47,506 nt of DNA. Source: an uncultured Patescibacteria group bacterium. Its GTDB lineage: Bacteria > Patescibacteriota > Patescibacteriia > UBA2591 > CALHIP01. The stretch covers positions 1-47,506 of the forward strand of contig CALHIP010000004.1 of assembly GCA_938030745.1 (NCBI GenBank). Reading direction: 5' to 3'. Under the pieces are notes generated by a model. It saw nothing but the letters and a program-made list of their open reading frames with translations, did not search any database and had not been told where the DNA came from. Shown in pieces: positions 36,246 to 46,326 of this stretch. Each line of letters starts with the position of its first letter. The stretch's first letter is position 1. Position numbers and translations under genes: made by a program.

Positions 36246-38097
36246 TTATTTTTCAGAAAAGAAAAAAATATTCATAAATAGCTCTTCAGAAGATGAAGAT
36301 GTTCAACCATTTTCTTTAATTAAAGGTGAAGAAATAAAAATAACAATTAATGAAAAATTATTTAAATTTTTCCTTTTTTTATCTTTCTTATTCATCTTTC
36401 TTATCTTTATTAGATTATTTTCCCTCCAAATTATTAAAGGTGATTATTGGTTAAAGGTTGCTGAAGAAAAGAAATTAAGAGTTGAAGAAATAATCCCAAA
36501 TCGTGGGATTATTTATGATCGAAATATGTATCCATTAGTTAGAAATGTAATAAGTTTTTCTCTTTATTTAGATTATAAAAAAATTCCTAAAGAGCCAGAA
36601 AAAAGAAAAATTTTCTTTGAAAAGTTAGAAAAAATTATTGGTCAAGATAAACTTTCTTTTATTGATTTCGATAAAAAAGAATCACCAATTTTAATAAAAG
36701 AAAATCTTTCTTTTGATGAAGTTGTTCTTCTTGAAATAGAAAAAGATTCTCTTGATGGAATTATTTTGGAAACAAAAAAGAAAAGAAAATATCTTGGTGG
36801 TCAAGAATTCTCTCATCTTTTAGGTTATCTTGGAAAAGTTTCTAAAGAAGAACAAGAAATGGGTTATTCATTATCAGATGAAATTGGAAAAACAGGTCTG
36901 GAAAAATATTATCAAAATGAATTAGCAGGAAAAAAGGGAAAAAGAATGATTGAGCCTAAAGGAAAAGAGGAATATATTACTGCTATTGAACCAGCTGTTG
37001 ATGGGAAAAGTTTAGTTTTAACTATTGATTTTGAACTCCAAAAAAAATTTGCTTTCTCCTTAGAAAAATGGATTAAATTTTCTGGAGCAAAAAAAGGAGC
37101 TGGAGTTATTCTTTCACCAAAAAACGGAGAGATTCTTGCCATGGTTAGTTTTCCATTTTTTGATAATAATCTTTTTAGTTTTGGAATTTCAGCAAAAGAT
37201 TTTGAAAAAATTGCTTCTGATCCATTAAAACCACTTTTCAATAGAGCAATTTCTGGCGAATATCCTCCTGGTTCAACAATTAAACCAGTTATTGCTTTAG
37301 CTGCTTTAGAAGAAGGAATAATTGATGAAAAAACAACTATCATGAGTACTGGCGGGATTAAGGTTGGAAAATGGTTTTTTTCTGATTGGAAGAAACAAGG
37401 TCACGGTCAAACTAATTTAAAAAAAGCTTTAGCTGAATCAGTTAATACTTTTTTCTATTTGGTTGCCGGCGGAAGCGAAAATTTTTCTGGTTTAGGAATA
37501 GAAAAAATTTTATTTTATCTTAAAATGTTTGGTTTAGGAGAAAAGACAGGAATTGATCTTCCTTATGAGAAAAAAGGTTTTCTTCCTTCTGAAGAATGGA
37601 AAAAGAAAACTAAAAATGAAGATTGGTTTATTGGTGATACTTATAACCTATCGATAGGTCATGGAGAAATAAAAGTTACACCACTTCAAATGGCGATTCT
37701 AACTGCTGGTATTGCTTCCGATGGAAAGATTTTTAAACCTAAGATTGTTAAAAAAATTTTAAAAGAAAATGAAACTGATAATTTAAAAGAAAGTTTTTCA
37801 ATTCTTCCGATTAAAAAAGAAAATTTTAAATTAGTCAAAGAAGGTTTAAGAGAAGCAGTTATTTCGGGAACAGCTCGACGTTTAAAAGATCTTTCTATTT
37901 CAGTAGCAGGGAAAACCGGAACAGTTGAAGTAAAAGGAGCAAAACCTCATTCTTGGTTTACTTGTTTTGCTCCTTATGATCAACCAGAAATTGTGATCGT
38001 AGTTATTATTGAAAATGGAGGAGAAGGAAGTGGTCCAGCCCTTTCAGTAGCTAAAGAGGTACTTGAATGGTGGACTGAAAATAGATATAATAAATAA
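36229..38097 (+). CDS. mrdA: Penicillin-binding protein 2 (class B transpeptidase)
   Basis: 622 aa. N-terminal TM, PBP dimerisation domain, and transpeptidase motifs STIKP (SxxK), SVN (SxN) and KTGT. Confidence 0.9.
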   Translation: MNHQFDYFSEKKKIFINSSSEDEDVQPFSLIKGEEIKITINEKLFKFFLFLSFLFIFLIFIRLFSLQIIKGDYWLKVAEEKKLRVEEIIPNRGIIYDRNMYPLVRNVISFSLYLDYKKIPKEPEKRKIFFEKLEKIIGQDKLSFIDFDKKESPILIKENLSFDEVVLLEIEKDSLDGIILETKKKRKYLGGQEFSHLLGYLGKVSKEEQEMGYSLSDEIGKTGLEKYYQNELAGKKGKRMIEPKGKEEYITAIEPAVDGKSLVLTIDFELQKKFAFSLEKWIKFSGAKKGAGVILSPKNGEILAMVSFPFFDNNLFSFGISAKDFEKIASDPLKPLFNRAISGEYPPGSTIKPVIALAALEEGIIDEKTTIMSTGGIKVGKWFFSDWKKQGHGQTNLKKALAESVNTFFYLVAGGSENFSGLGIEKILFYLKMFGLGEKTGIDLPYEKKGFLPSEEWKKKTKNEDWFIGDTYNLSIGHGEIKVTPLQMAILTAGIASDGKIFKPKIVKKILKENETDNLKESFSILPIKKENFKLVKEGLREAVISGTARRLKDLSISVAGKTGTVEVKGAKPHSWFTCFAPYDQPEIVIVVIIENGGEGSGPALSVAKEVLEWWTENRYNK

Positions 38098-38099
38098 TT

Positions 38100-39305
38100 A
38101 TGAGTAAATTTTTTAAAGAACAATTAAATTATCGTGTCTACTATTATATTTTTCGCTGGCTTATTTTAATTTTTCTCATTTTTTCTCTTTTCTGGATTTA
38201 TTTTTTTCAATTATCTTTTTCTTATCTCTTCTTTTTAATTACTCTTTTTCTCAGTTTATATTTTATTATCACCTCTTTTATTTTACGGACAAAATATATA
38301 ACTTCAGAAAAGCTTTTTTTTGATCTTATTATTTTCTCCCTTTTTCTTCTTATTTTTATTCATTTCAGTGGTGGAATTAAGAGCTATTTTCTTCCTTTTT
38401 TATTTATTCCTCTAATGTTTGCTCTTTCATTTGCTGAATTTTTAGCTTTTTTTATTGTTTTAGCAATTTATCTTTCTTATTACTTTTTAATGAGACTAAC
38501 CACTCCATTGGAAACTTCTTTTTCTAATTTATTTTTTGTTATCTTTGTTAGCTATCTTATCAATTTTATTGTTTTAGTTATGGTTCGTCGCCGGATTAGA
38601 GCTGTTAAAGAAGTAGAAAGAGTAAAGTCAGAATTCATTTCAATGGTTGGTCATCAGCTTCGAACACCTATTTCAAGCACAAGATGGATAATTGAATCAC
38701 TTTTAGAAGGAGATTTGGGTGAGCTCTCTCAAAATCAAAAAGAATATTTAAATGAACTTTACAAATCTAATGAAAAATTAAGAAAATTTCTTAATGAACT
38801 TTTAAATGTTATTAGACTTGAAGAATTTTCTCCAAAAATTGATCTGATAAAAATTAATCTTAAAGATTTAATTAAAAATATAATCTCAAGATATAACTCT
38901 TTAATTAACACTAATAAACTATTTATTGATCTTAAAGGAGAAGATGTTGAAATAATAAGTGATCTAAATCTACTCGATTTAATTTTAGACAACTTAATTT
39001 CTAATGCTTTAAGATATTCTTTTGAAAACGGAAAAGTTTTGATCTCAATTGAAAAGAAAAAAAATAATGCCCAGATTATGATAAATGATTCAGGCATTGG
39101 TATTCCAAAAAATCAACAAAAGAAAATATTTCAAAAATTTTTCAGAGCAAAAAATGCTTTAAAAAAAGATCCGGAAGGTACTGGTTTAGGACTTTATTTA
39201 AGTAAAAGAGCGGTTGAGATATTAGATGGAAATATTTGGTTTGTTTCTCAAGAAAATAGAGGAACAACTTTTTATCTTTCCTTACCTTTAGAGAAAAAGA
39301 GTTAA
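38100..39305 (+). CDS. Sensor histidine kinase with a polytopic membrane N-terminal domain
   Basis: 401 aa. About 6 TM helices, H-box FISMVGHQLRTPIS, N-box LISNALRYS, G-boxes DSGIGIP and GTGLGLYLS. Confidence 0.85.
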   Translation: MSKFFKEQLNYRVYYYIFRWLILIFLIFSLFWIYFFQLSFSYLFFLITLFLSLYFIITSFILRTKYITSEKLFFDLIIFSLFLLIFIHFSGGIKSYFLPFLFIPLMFALSFAEFLAFFIVLAIYLSYYFLMRLTTPLETSFSNLFFVIFVSYLINFIVLVMVRRRIRAVKEVERVKSEFISMVGHQLRTPISSTRWIIESLLEGDLGELSQNQKEYLNELYKSNEKLRKFLNELLNVIRLEEFSPKIDLIKINLKDLIKNIISRYNSLINTNKLFIDLKGEDVEIISDLNLLDLILDNLISNALRYSFENGKVLISIEKKKNNAQIMINDSGIGIPKNQQKKIFQKFFRAKNALKKDPEGTGLGLYLSKRAVEILDGNIWFVSQENRGTTFYLSLPLEKKS

Positions 39306-39310
39306 TTTTT

Positions 39311-39691
39311 ATGAATAAAGAAAAGAAAAAAATTCTTATTGCTGAAGATGATAAATTTTTAACAAAACTCCTTTCTTTAAGATTAGAAAAAAGTGATTTT
39401 GAAATAATTTCAAGTTTTGACGGTGAGGAGGCGATAGAGAAAATAAAGAAAGAAAATCCTGATTTAATTATTTTAGATCTTATCCTTCCAAAAAAAGATG
39501 GTTTTGAGGTTTTAGAAGAAATGAAAAAAATAGGTAAAGAAAAAATTCCTGTTATTGTTCTTTCCAATCTTGGTCAAGATTTAGATGTTGAAAAAGCCTT
39601 AAGTCTAGGAGCAAAAGATTATATTGTTAAAACAGAAATCCCTCTTTCTCAAGCTATAGAAAAAATAAAGAATTTTTTTAATTTTCAATAA
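39311..39691 (+). CDS. Single-domain response regulator (receiver only)
   Basis: 126 aa. Contains ILIAEDD, the phospho-acceptor context LIILDLILPKKDG, and a conserved K in GAKDYIVK. No output domain. Confidence 0.85.
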   Translation: MNKEKKKILIAEDDKFLTKLLSLRLEKSDFEIISSFDGEEAIEKIKKENPDLIILDLILPKKDGFEVLEEMKKIGKEKIPVIVLSNLGQDLDVEKALSLGAKDYIVKTEIPLSQAIEKIKNFFNFQ

Positions 39692-39696
39692 TCATT

Positions 39697-41388
39697 ATGA
39701 AACTAAGCGAAGAGCAATTAAAAAAAATTACAGTTGATCAAGGTTTTATTAAAGAAAAAGATTTTTCAGAAGCAGTAAAAGAAGCAAAAGCAAAAAATAA
39801 AGATTTGGAGGAAGTCCTTATTGAAAGAAATCTAATTGAAGAAGAACAATTAGGTGAATTAATTGCTCAAGAATTAGGCTTTCCATTTGTTAATCTTAGA
39901 AAGGAAATAATTGATGAGGAACTTTTAAAAATTATTCCTGAAATAGTTAGCCGAAAACAAATGGCTGTTGTTTTTGCCAGAGATAAAGAAGGAATAAAAT
40001 TGGCAACTCTTCATCCAGAAAATTTAGATTTTATTGTCAACCTTGAGAAAAAATTAGGAGAAAAAATTTTTCCTTATTATGCGACTAAAGGAGCAATAAA
40101 TGATATTTTAGCAAAATATAAGAAACCGATTAAAGAAGAATTTGAAGAAATTGTTAAAAAAGGACTTGAAGAAATTGAGGTTTCAGTTAAAAAAGAATTA
40201 CCAACAATAAAAATTATTGATTCAATTATTGAATATGGTTATCAAAACAAAGCTTCTGATATCCATATTGAACCACAAGAGACAAAAACAATTATTCGTT
40301 ATCGGATTGATGGTGTTTTACACGATATTTTAGAATTACCAAAAGCTATCCATGATTTTCTTATTGCCAGAATAAAAATTTTAGCTCATTTACGAATCGA
40401 TGAACATCGAGCAGCTCAAGATGGAAGATTCTCAAAGAAATTTGATGATGAGAAAGTTGATATTAGAGTTTCTATTGTTCCTATTACTAAAGGTGAGAAA
40501 GCAGTCTTAAGACTTCTTTCAGAAAAAATTAGACGTTTTAATCTAGAAGATTTAGGATTATCTGAAAATGATCTTCTGAAGGTAAGAAGAAATATTGAAA
40601 AACCATGGGGAATGATTTTAGCTACTGGACCAACTGGTTCAGGAAAAACAACTACTCTTTATGCAATCTTAAAAATATTAAATCGAAGAGAAGTTAATAT
40701 TGCAACTATTGAAGATCCTGTTGAATATGATATTGAAGGTATTAATCAGATTCAGGTTGATCCAACAACAAACCTTACTTTTGCTGAAGGACTAAAAGCA
40801 ATTGTTCGACAAGATCCTGATATTATAATGGTTGGCGAAATTCGAGATCATGAGACAGCTAATATTGCTACCAATGCTGCTTTAACTGGCCATCTTGTTC
40901 TTTCTACTTTTCATGCTAATGATGCACCATCTACCTTACCTCGATTGATCAATTTAGGAGTTGAACCATTTCTTCTTGCTTCAACAGTTAATTTAATTAT
41001 TGCTCAAAGATTGGTTAGAAGAATCTGTCCAAAATGTATTACCTCTCGAGTTTTAAAAAAAGAAGAAATTTTAAAAACTATTATTGGTTTACCAGATGTT
41101 TTAGAGAAATTACTTTCTCTTTTTAAAACAAAAGAAAGTATAAGAGTCTATTTTGGTAAAGGTTGTCGACTCTGTCATGATTCAGGTTATTTAGGTCGAG
41201 TTGGTATTTTTGAAATTTTAGAAATGAGTGAACCAATTCGAGAATTAGTGATGAAAAGGGCTGATGCTTCTACTATAAGAAGAGAAGCAATTAATGAAAA
41301 AATGACAACAATGATTGATGATGGTTTAAATAAAGTTTTAGCTGGAATTACTACTTTAGATGAAATTTTAAAAGCAACAAGAGAGTAA
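39697..41388 (+). CDS. pilB: Type IV pilus / type II secretion assembly ATPase (PilB/GspE family)
   Basis: 563 aa. T2SSE N-domain, Walker A GPTGSGKTTT, Asp and His boxes, Walker B IIMVGEIRD, and a tetracysteine motif CPKC...CRLC. Confidence 0.9.
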   Translation: MKLSEEQLKKITVDQGFIKEKDFSEAVKEAKAKNKDLEEVLIERNLIEEEQLGELIAQELGFPFVNLRKEIIDEELLKIIPEIVSRKQMAVVFARDKEGIKLATLHPENLDFIVNLEKKLGEKIFPYYATKGAINDILAKYKKPIKEEFEEIVKKGLEEIEVSVKKELPTIKIIDSIIEYGYQNKASDIHIEPQETKTIIRYRIDGVLHDILELPKAIHDFLIARIKILAHLRIDEHRAAQDGRFSKKFDDEKVDIRVSIVPITKGEKAVLRLLSEKIRRFNLEDLGLSENDLLKVRRNIEKPWGMILATGPTGSGKTTTLYAILKILNRREVNIATIEDPVEYDIEGINQIQVDPTTNLTFAEGLKAIVRQDPDIIMVGEIRDHETANIATNAALTGHLVLSTFHANDAPSTLPRLINLGVEPFLLASTVNLIIAQRLVRRICPKCITSRVLKKEEILKTIIGLPDVLEKLLSLFKTKESIRVYFGKGCRLCHDSGYLGRVGIFEILEMSEPIRELVMKRADASTIRREAINEKMTTMIDDGLNKVLAGITTLDEILKATRE

Positions 41389-41397
41389 TAATCTTTT

Positions 41398-42507
41398 ATG
41401 CTTATTGGAATTGATGCCTCACGAGCTAATTATCAAATTAAAACCGGCGTTGAGTGGTATGCCTATTATTTGATTCAAGAATTAAAGAAAATAACAGTTA
41501 ATGATGGCAACCGCTATTTTTTATATACTGACAAAAAACTAATCGGTGATTTAGCAACTCTTCCTGAAAACTGGCAGGAGAAAGTTTTAGCTTGGCCATT
41601 TAAATATTTTTGGACATTAAAAAGATTATCTTTAGAAATTTTTAAAAATCCACCTGATGTCTTATTTGTTCCAAGTCATGTTTTTCCTTTAATTTTAGCT
41701 AAAAAAAATATTATTACTCTCCATGATTTATGTTTTGAAAGATTTCCTCAAGTTTATTCTTTCTTATCAAGAATTTATTTAAGATTAATGTATAAACGAG
41801 CAGCAAAATTAGCTGATAAAATTATCGTTCCTTCAGAATTTACAAAAAAAGAATTGATTGATCTTTATCAAGTAAAATCAGAAAAAATTGTTGTTATTTA
41901 TATGGGTTATAATAAAATATTCAGACCAATAAAAGATAAAGAAAAAATTGGGAAAATTCTAAAAAAATACGGATTAAAAAAGCCATATCTTTTATTCTTC
42001 GGCAGATTGGAAAAAAAGAAAGGAGTTGATATACTTTTAAAAGCATTTCAAATTTTAGCTAATGAATTTTCCGATATCCATCTTGTTTTAGTTGGTCCTC
42101 AAGGTTATGGCTACAAAAACTTTAAATTTCAAATTTTACATTTTAAAAATATTAAAGAACTTGGCTATATAAAAAATGAAGAAGAAAGAGCTCTATTATA
42201 TAACGGAGCGGAAGCATTTGTCTTTCCATCACTTTACGAAGGATTTGGAATGCCAATTCTTGAGGCAATGGCTTGTGCTTGTCCGGTTATTGCTTCTGAT
42301 ATTGAGCCAATTAGAGAAATTACAAAAATCAATTCAGCAATTTTAGTTCCACCAAACAATCCTGAAATTTTAGCTGAAAAAATTAAAGAGGTTTTAAAAA
42401 ATCAGGAATTAAGAAATAATTTAATTGAAAATGGTTTAGAACAGGTTAAAAATTTTTCTTGGGAAAAATGTGCTAAAGAGACATTAAAAATTTTATTATC
42501 AATCTAA
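41398..42507 (+). CDS. Glycosyltransferase family 4 (GT-B)
   Basis: 369 aa. C-terminal EGFGMPILEAMACACPVIASD (E-x7-E region). Confidence 0.85.
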   Translation: MLIGIDASRANYQIKTGVEWYAYYLIQELKKITVNDGNRYFLYTDKKLIGDLATLPENWQEKVLAWPFKYFWTLKRLSLEIFKNPPDVLFVPSHVFPLILAKKNIITLHDLCFERFPQVYSFLSRIYLRLMYKRAAKLADKIIVPSEFTKKELIDLYQVKSEKIVVIYMGYNKIFRPIKDKEKIGKILKKYGLKKPYLLFFGRLEKKKGVDILLKAFQILANEFSDIHLVLVGPQGYGYKNFKFQILHFKNIKELGYIKNEEERALLYNGAEAFVFPSLYEGFGMPILEAMACACPVIASDIEPIREITKINSAILVPPNNPEILAEKIKEVLKNQELRNNLIENGLEQVKNFSWEKCAKETLKILLSI

Positions 42508-42515
42508 ATATTTTT

Positions 42516-43496
42516 ATGAAGTTTAATTGGCCAATTATCGGTCACAAAAATATTGTTAATTTTTTACAAAGAAGTATTACCAACAAAAAGATTGTTCATG
42601 CTTATCTTTTTTATGGTCCGGAAAATTTAGGTAAAAAGACAGTAGCAAAATATTTTGCCCTCTCTCTGATTTGTGAAAGAAAAGAAATTGACAATGTTCC
42701 ATGTGGTAAATGTCAAAATTGTCAGAAATTTTTTAAGAATATTCATCCAGATATAATCTGGTTAAGGAAAGAAAATGATAAAAAGAATATCTCAATTGAT
42801 CAAATTAGAGATTTAAAAGAAAAAATTTCTTTAACTAGCTTTACAAATTCATATAAAATTGTTATTATAGTCAATACCGAAGAAATGACAGGTGAGGCAG
42901 CAAATTCATTTTTAAAGATTTTAGAAGAACCTCCACCAAAAAACGTAATTATTCTTTTAGCAAATTCTTTAAAAAATATCCCTAAGACAATTATCTCTCG
43001 ATGCCAATTGATAAAATTTTCTTTAGTTAGCAAAAAAGAAATTTTTGATTTTTTAATAAAAAAATATAAATTAAATAAAAAAGAAGCAGAAGAAATTTCA
43101 GCCCTTTCTTTCGGTCGACCAGGTAGAGCAATTAAATTTTTAGAAAATAAAGAAAGATTAAAAAATTATTTAGAAAGCCAAAAAAAATTAATAAAAATTA
43201 TTAAAAGTAATCTTAACCAAAGACTAAAGATTGTTGAGGAAATTATAAAAGAAGAAAAAATTAAAGAAACGATTTTAAATTGGAAAGTTTTTTTTAGAGA
43301 TCTGGTTCTTCTTAAGACAGAAAATAATGAATTTATAATAAACCTTTCATTTAAAAACAAATTAGATGATTTGACTAAAAAATTTTCTTTTGAAAAAATT
43401 ATTCAGATAGAAAAAGAATTAGATAATTTTAACTTTTATATTGATCAAAATATAAATCTAAAACTTGCCTTAGATAATTTTGTTATTAATTTATAA
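42516..43496 (+). CDS. holB: DNA polymerase III delta-prime subunit
   Basis: 326 aa. HAYLFYGPENLGKKT (P-loop-like), Zn module CGKCQNCQ, and SRC motif IISRCQ. Confidence 0.8.
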   Translation: MKFNWPIIGHKNIVNFLQRSITNKKIVHAYLFYGPENLGKKTVAKYFALSLICERKEIDNVPCGKCQNCQKFFKNIHPDIIWLRKENDKKNISIDQIRDLKEKISLTSFTNSYKIVIIVNTEEMTGEAANSFLKILEEPPPKNVIILLANSLKNIPKTIISRCQLIKFSLVSKKEIFDFLIKKYKLNKKEAEEISALSFGRPGRAIKFLENKERLKNYLESQKKLIKIIKSNLNQRLKIVEEIIKEEKIKETILNWKVFFRDLVLLKTENNEFIINLSFKNKLDDLTKKFSFEKIIQIEKELDNFNFYIDQNINLKLALDNFVINL

Positions 43497-43500
43497 ATCT

Positions 43501-44559
43501 ATGAAAAAGATCTTTTTAATCATTACTCTTATTCTCTCACTTGTTCTTCTGACTGGTCAAAGGTGTGGTAGAGTTGAAAAAAAAGGAGTAGTCTCAACTG
43601 ATGGCGGAATTTGGGTTTCTTTCGATAAAGGAGAAACATGGATCCAGAAGTCTTTAATGCCAACATTATCTGGAGTAAAGAATTTAAATGATTTAAATCT
43701 GAACCTTTTAGTTTTTGATCCTTCTGATCCTTCTACAATATATTGGGGAGCGCAAGAGGCCGGTCTTTTTGTTTCCTATGATGGAGCAAATTCATGGCAG
43801 GAGGTGACAAAACTTCCAAAAGCTCAAGTTAATGCTTTAGCTATTGATCCAAAAGCGCCAAACATTATTTATGCTGCTATTGGTAATCGAATCTTTAAAA
43901 GCGTTAATTGCTGTCGAACCTGGCAAGAAATTTATCTTGACATTCCAGGGGTGGCAATTAATACTTTAGCTATTGATCCTTTGAACTCAAAAAGAATTTT
44001 AGTTGGTCTAGCTGATGGTCGAGTTATAAAAAGTGAAGATGGGGGGATAAACTGGGCTCTTTTTCATGATTTTAAAACAAATATTAAAAGTATTTTCTTT
44101 AATCTGAGGGAACCAAAGATTGTTTATTTAGCAACTCAAACAGCTGGTCTTTATCGAAGTACTGACTCTGGAATAACTTGGAAAAAAATTGAAGAATTAG
44201 ATAAATTTCCTGGTGCTAATGTTTTCTATTATGGATTTTTTGATGAGACAAAAAAAGATGCTTTATTTCTTTTAACTGATGCTGGCTTTTTACATTCTGA
44301 TGAGGAAGCAAAAAATTGGCAAGATTATAAACTTTTAACACCACCAGGTCGAGTTAAAGTTCTTGCTTTTGCTGCTAATTTCAAAAATCCAAATGAGATT
44401 TATTATGTCACGGAAAATGCTTTTTATAAGTCAAATAACGGCGGTTTAACTTGGATAACAAAGAAATTACCAACAAGCAGAAAAGTTGTTTATTTAACAG
44501 TTCATCCTCAAAATCCAAATATCCTTTATTTAGGCACATTAAAGCCACCATCAAAATAA
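43501..44559 (+). CDS. Secreted/lipid-anchored BNR (Asp-box) repeat beta-propeller protein (Ycf48/sortilin-like)
   Basis: The track ORF begins at 43480, inside holB. The ATG at 43501 gives MKKIFLIITLILSLVLLTG (signal peptide). About 7 Asp-box-like repeats: STDGGIWVS, SYDGANSWQ, SEDGGINWA, STDSGITWK, SNNGGLTWI. Confidence 0.7.
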   Translation: MKKIFLIITLILSLVLLTGQRCGRVEKKGVVSTDGGIWVSFDKGETWIQKSLMPTLSGVKNLNDLNLNLLVFDPSDPSTIYWGAQEAGLFVSYDGANSWQEVTKLPKAQVNALAIDPKAPNIIYAAIGNRIFKSVNCCRTWQEIYLDIPGVAINTLAIDPLNSKRILVGLADGRVIKSEDGGINWALFHDFKTNIKSIFFNLREPKIVYLATQTAGLYRSTDSGITWKKIEELDKFPGANVFYYGFFDETKKDALFLLTDAGFLHSDEEAKNWQDYKLLTPPGRVKVLAFAANFKNPNEIYYVTENAFYKSNNGGLTWITKKLPTSRKVVYLTVHPQNPNILYLGTLKPPSK

Positions 44560-44562
44560 ACT

Positions 44563-45117
44563 ATGCCTTCCCTTATTGATTCTTACCAGGATGATTTTCA
44601 AAAAATCATTGAATCATTTAAAAGAGAAATTGCTTCCTTAAGAACTTCTCGGGCGAGTTCGGCATTGGTTGAAAATATTTTAGTTGAAGCTTATGGAACA
44701 AAGATGCTTCTTAAACAATTAGCTAATATTTCTGTTTTGGATGGAAAGACGATTATTATCGAACCGTGGGATAAAAACAATCTAAAACATATTGAAAAAG
44801 CATTTCAAGTTTCTGACTTAGGACTTACTCCTATTGTTGAGAATGATATAATTCGCATTTCTTTTCCTCCTTTGAATGAAGAAAGAAGAAAAGAACTGAT
44901 TAAAATTCTTCATCAAAAAGCGGAATCAGCTCGAATTGAATTAAGAAGAATAAGAGATAAAATTAGAGAGGAAATCTTTAAAAAAGAAAAAGCAAAAGAA
45001 ATTTCCGAGGATGAGAAATACCGTCTTTTTAAAGAACTTGATGAAAAAACAAGAAAAGTTGATCAACAGATTAAAGAACTGGCTGATAAAAAAGAACAAG
45101 AAATTTCCCAAATTTAA
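44563..45117 (+). CDS. frr: Ribosome recycling factor
   Basis: 184 aa. SLRTSRASSALVENILVEAYG...LGLTP...IRISFPPLNEERRKEL is the canonical RRF pattern. Confidence 0.95.
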   Translation: MPSLIDSYQDDFQKIIESFKREIASLRTSRASSALVENILVEAYGTKMLLKQLANISVLDGKTIIIEPWDKNNLKHIEKAFQVSDLGLTPIVENDIIRISFPPLNEERRKELIKILHQKAESARIELRRIRDKIREEIFKKEKAKEISEDEKYRLFKELDEKTRKVDQQIKELADKKEQEISQI

Positions 45118-45132
45118 AATTTTCATAAAACT

Positions 45133-46320
45133 ATGCTGACTATTTTAGCTGTTTTTCTTTCTTTAAGTACAATTATTTTTTTTCATGAATTTGGTCATTT
45201 TATATTTTCTCGATTAATCAAGATAAAAGTTGAAGAATTTGGTTTTGGTTATCCTCCAAGATTAGTTGGCTTGGTAAAATTAAAAAGGACAAAAAAATGG
45301 AAAATTTTTTTTGGCAAAGAAATACCAAAAGAAGAGACTGCTTCAACAATTTACTCCTTAAATCTTATACCTTTTGGCGGTTTCAATAAAATAAAAGGTG
45401 AGGAAGTATTTCAGGAAGAAAAAATAGAGCCTGATAGTTTTTATGCTAAAAGTTGGTGGCAGAGACTTCTTTCTTTAAGTGGTGGAATAGTTTTTAATAT
45501 TATTTTGGCGATGATTCTTACTTCAATTGGTTTTAAAATTGGCATTCCAACAACAGAAAAAAATCTTTTAGAAAAAAATTTAAAAATAAAAGAAGTTGGG
45601 ATTCAAATTATTTCTATTAAAAGAAACTCACCAGCTAATAGAGCGGGTTTAATTTTAGGTGATATTATTTTAAAAATTGATAATTATGAATTTAAAGAAG
45701 AGAAAGAAATGGTAGATTATATTGATAAAAAAGCCAATCAGGAAATTACTTTAAAGGTAAAAAGGGGAAGAAAAGAACTTGATTTTAAAGTGATTCCTAA
45801 ACCAGCTCAAGAAGTTTTTTCTCCAGAAGAATTAGAAGGAAGAGAATTAAAAGGAGGAGTAATCGGTGTTTCATTAGCTAAAGTGAGAATTGTTTCTTAT
45901 CCGCTTCATTTAGCTATTTTAAAAGGTATTAAAACAACTTTTATTACTTTTGCCAGAATAATTCAGGGAGTAGTTCTGGTTTTAAAAGAATTAGTTATCA
46001 AACAAAAGATGATTGGCGAAGCAGTTGGTGTAGTTGGTATTGCTACTTTTTTAGGTGAAGCCTATCAAGTAGGTTTTATTTATCTTTTACAGTTTGTTGC
46101 TTTAATTTCTTTAGCTATTGCTATAACTCAACTTATTCCTTTCCCTGCTCTTGATGGAGGAAGAATTATTTTTGTTTTAATTGAGGCGATTAGAAAAAAA
46201 CCAATTGATAGAAAAATTGAAGCAATAGTTCATCAAATTGGCTTTACCATTCTCCTTCTTTTGTTAGTCTTTATTACTTATCGAGACTTAATGAGATTAG
46301 GAGAAAAAATATTTAAATAA
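45133..46320 (+). CDS. rseP: Site-2 (M50) zinc metalloprotease with PDZ domain
   Basis: 395 aa. HEFGHF (HExxH) in TM1, a PDZ domain (SPANRAGLILGDII), and the LDGG motif (FPALDGGRI). Confidence 0.85.
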   Translation: MLTILAVFLSLSTIIFFHEFGHFIFSRLIKIKVEEFGFGYPPRLVGLVKLKRTKKWKIFFGKEIPKEETASTIYSLNLIPFGGFNKIKGEEVFQEEKIEPDSFYAKSWWQRLLSLSGGIVFNIILAMILTSIGFKIGIPTTEKNLLEKNLKIKEVGIQIISIKRNSPANRAGLILGDIILKIDNYEFKEEKEMVDYIDKKANQEITLKVKRGRKELDFKVIPKPAQEVFSPEELEGRELKGGVIGVSLAKVRIVSYPLHLAILKGIKTTFITFARIIQGVVLVLKELVIKQKMIGEAVGVVGIATFLGEAYQVGFIYLLQFVALISLAIAITQLIPFPALDGGRIIFVLIEAIRKKPIDRKIEAIVHQIGFTILLLLLVFITYRDLMRLGEKIFK

Positions 46321-46326
46321 AACTTT

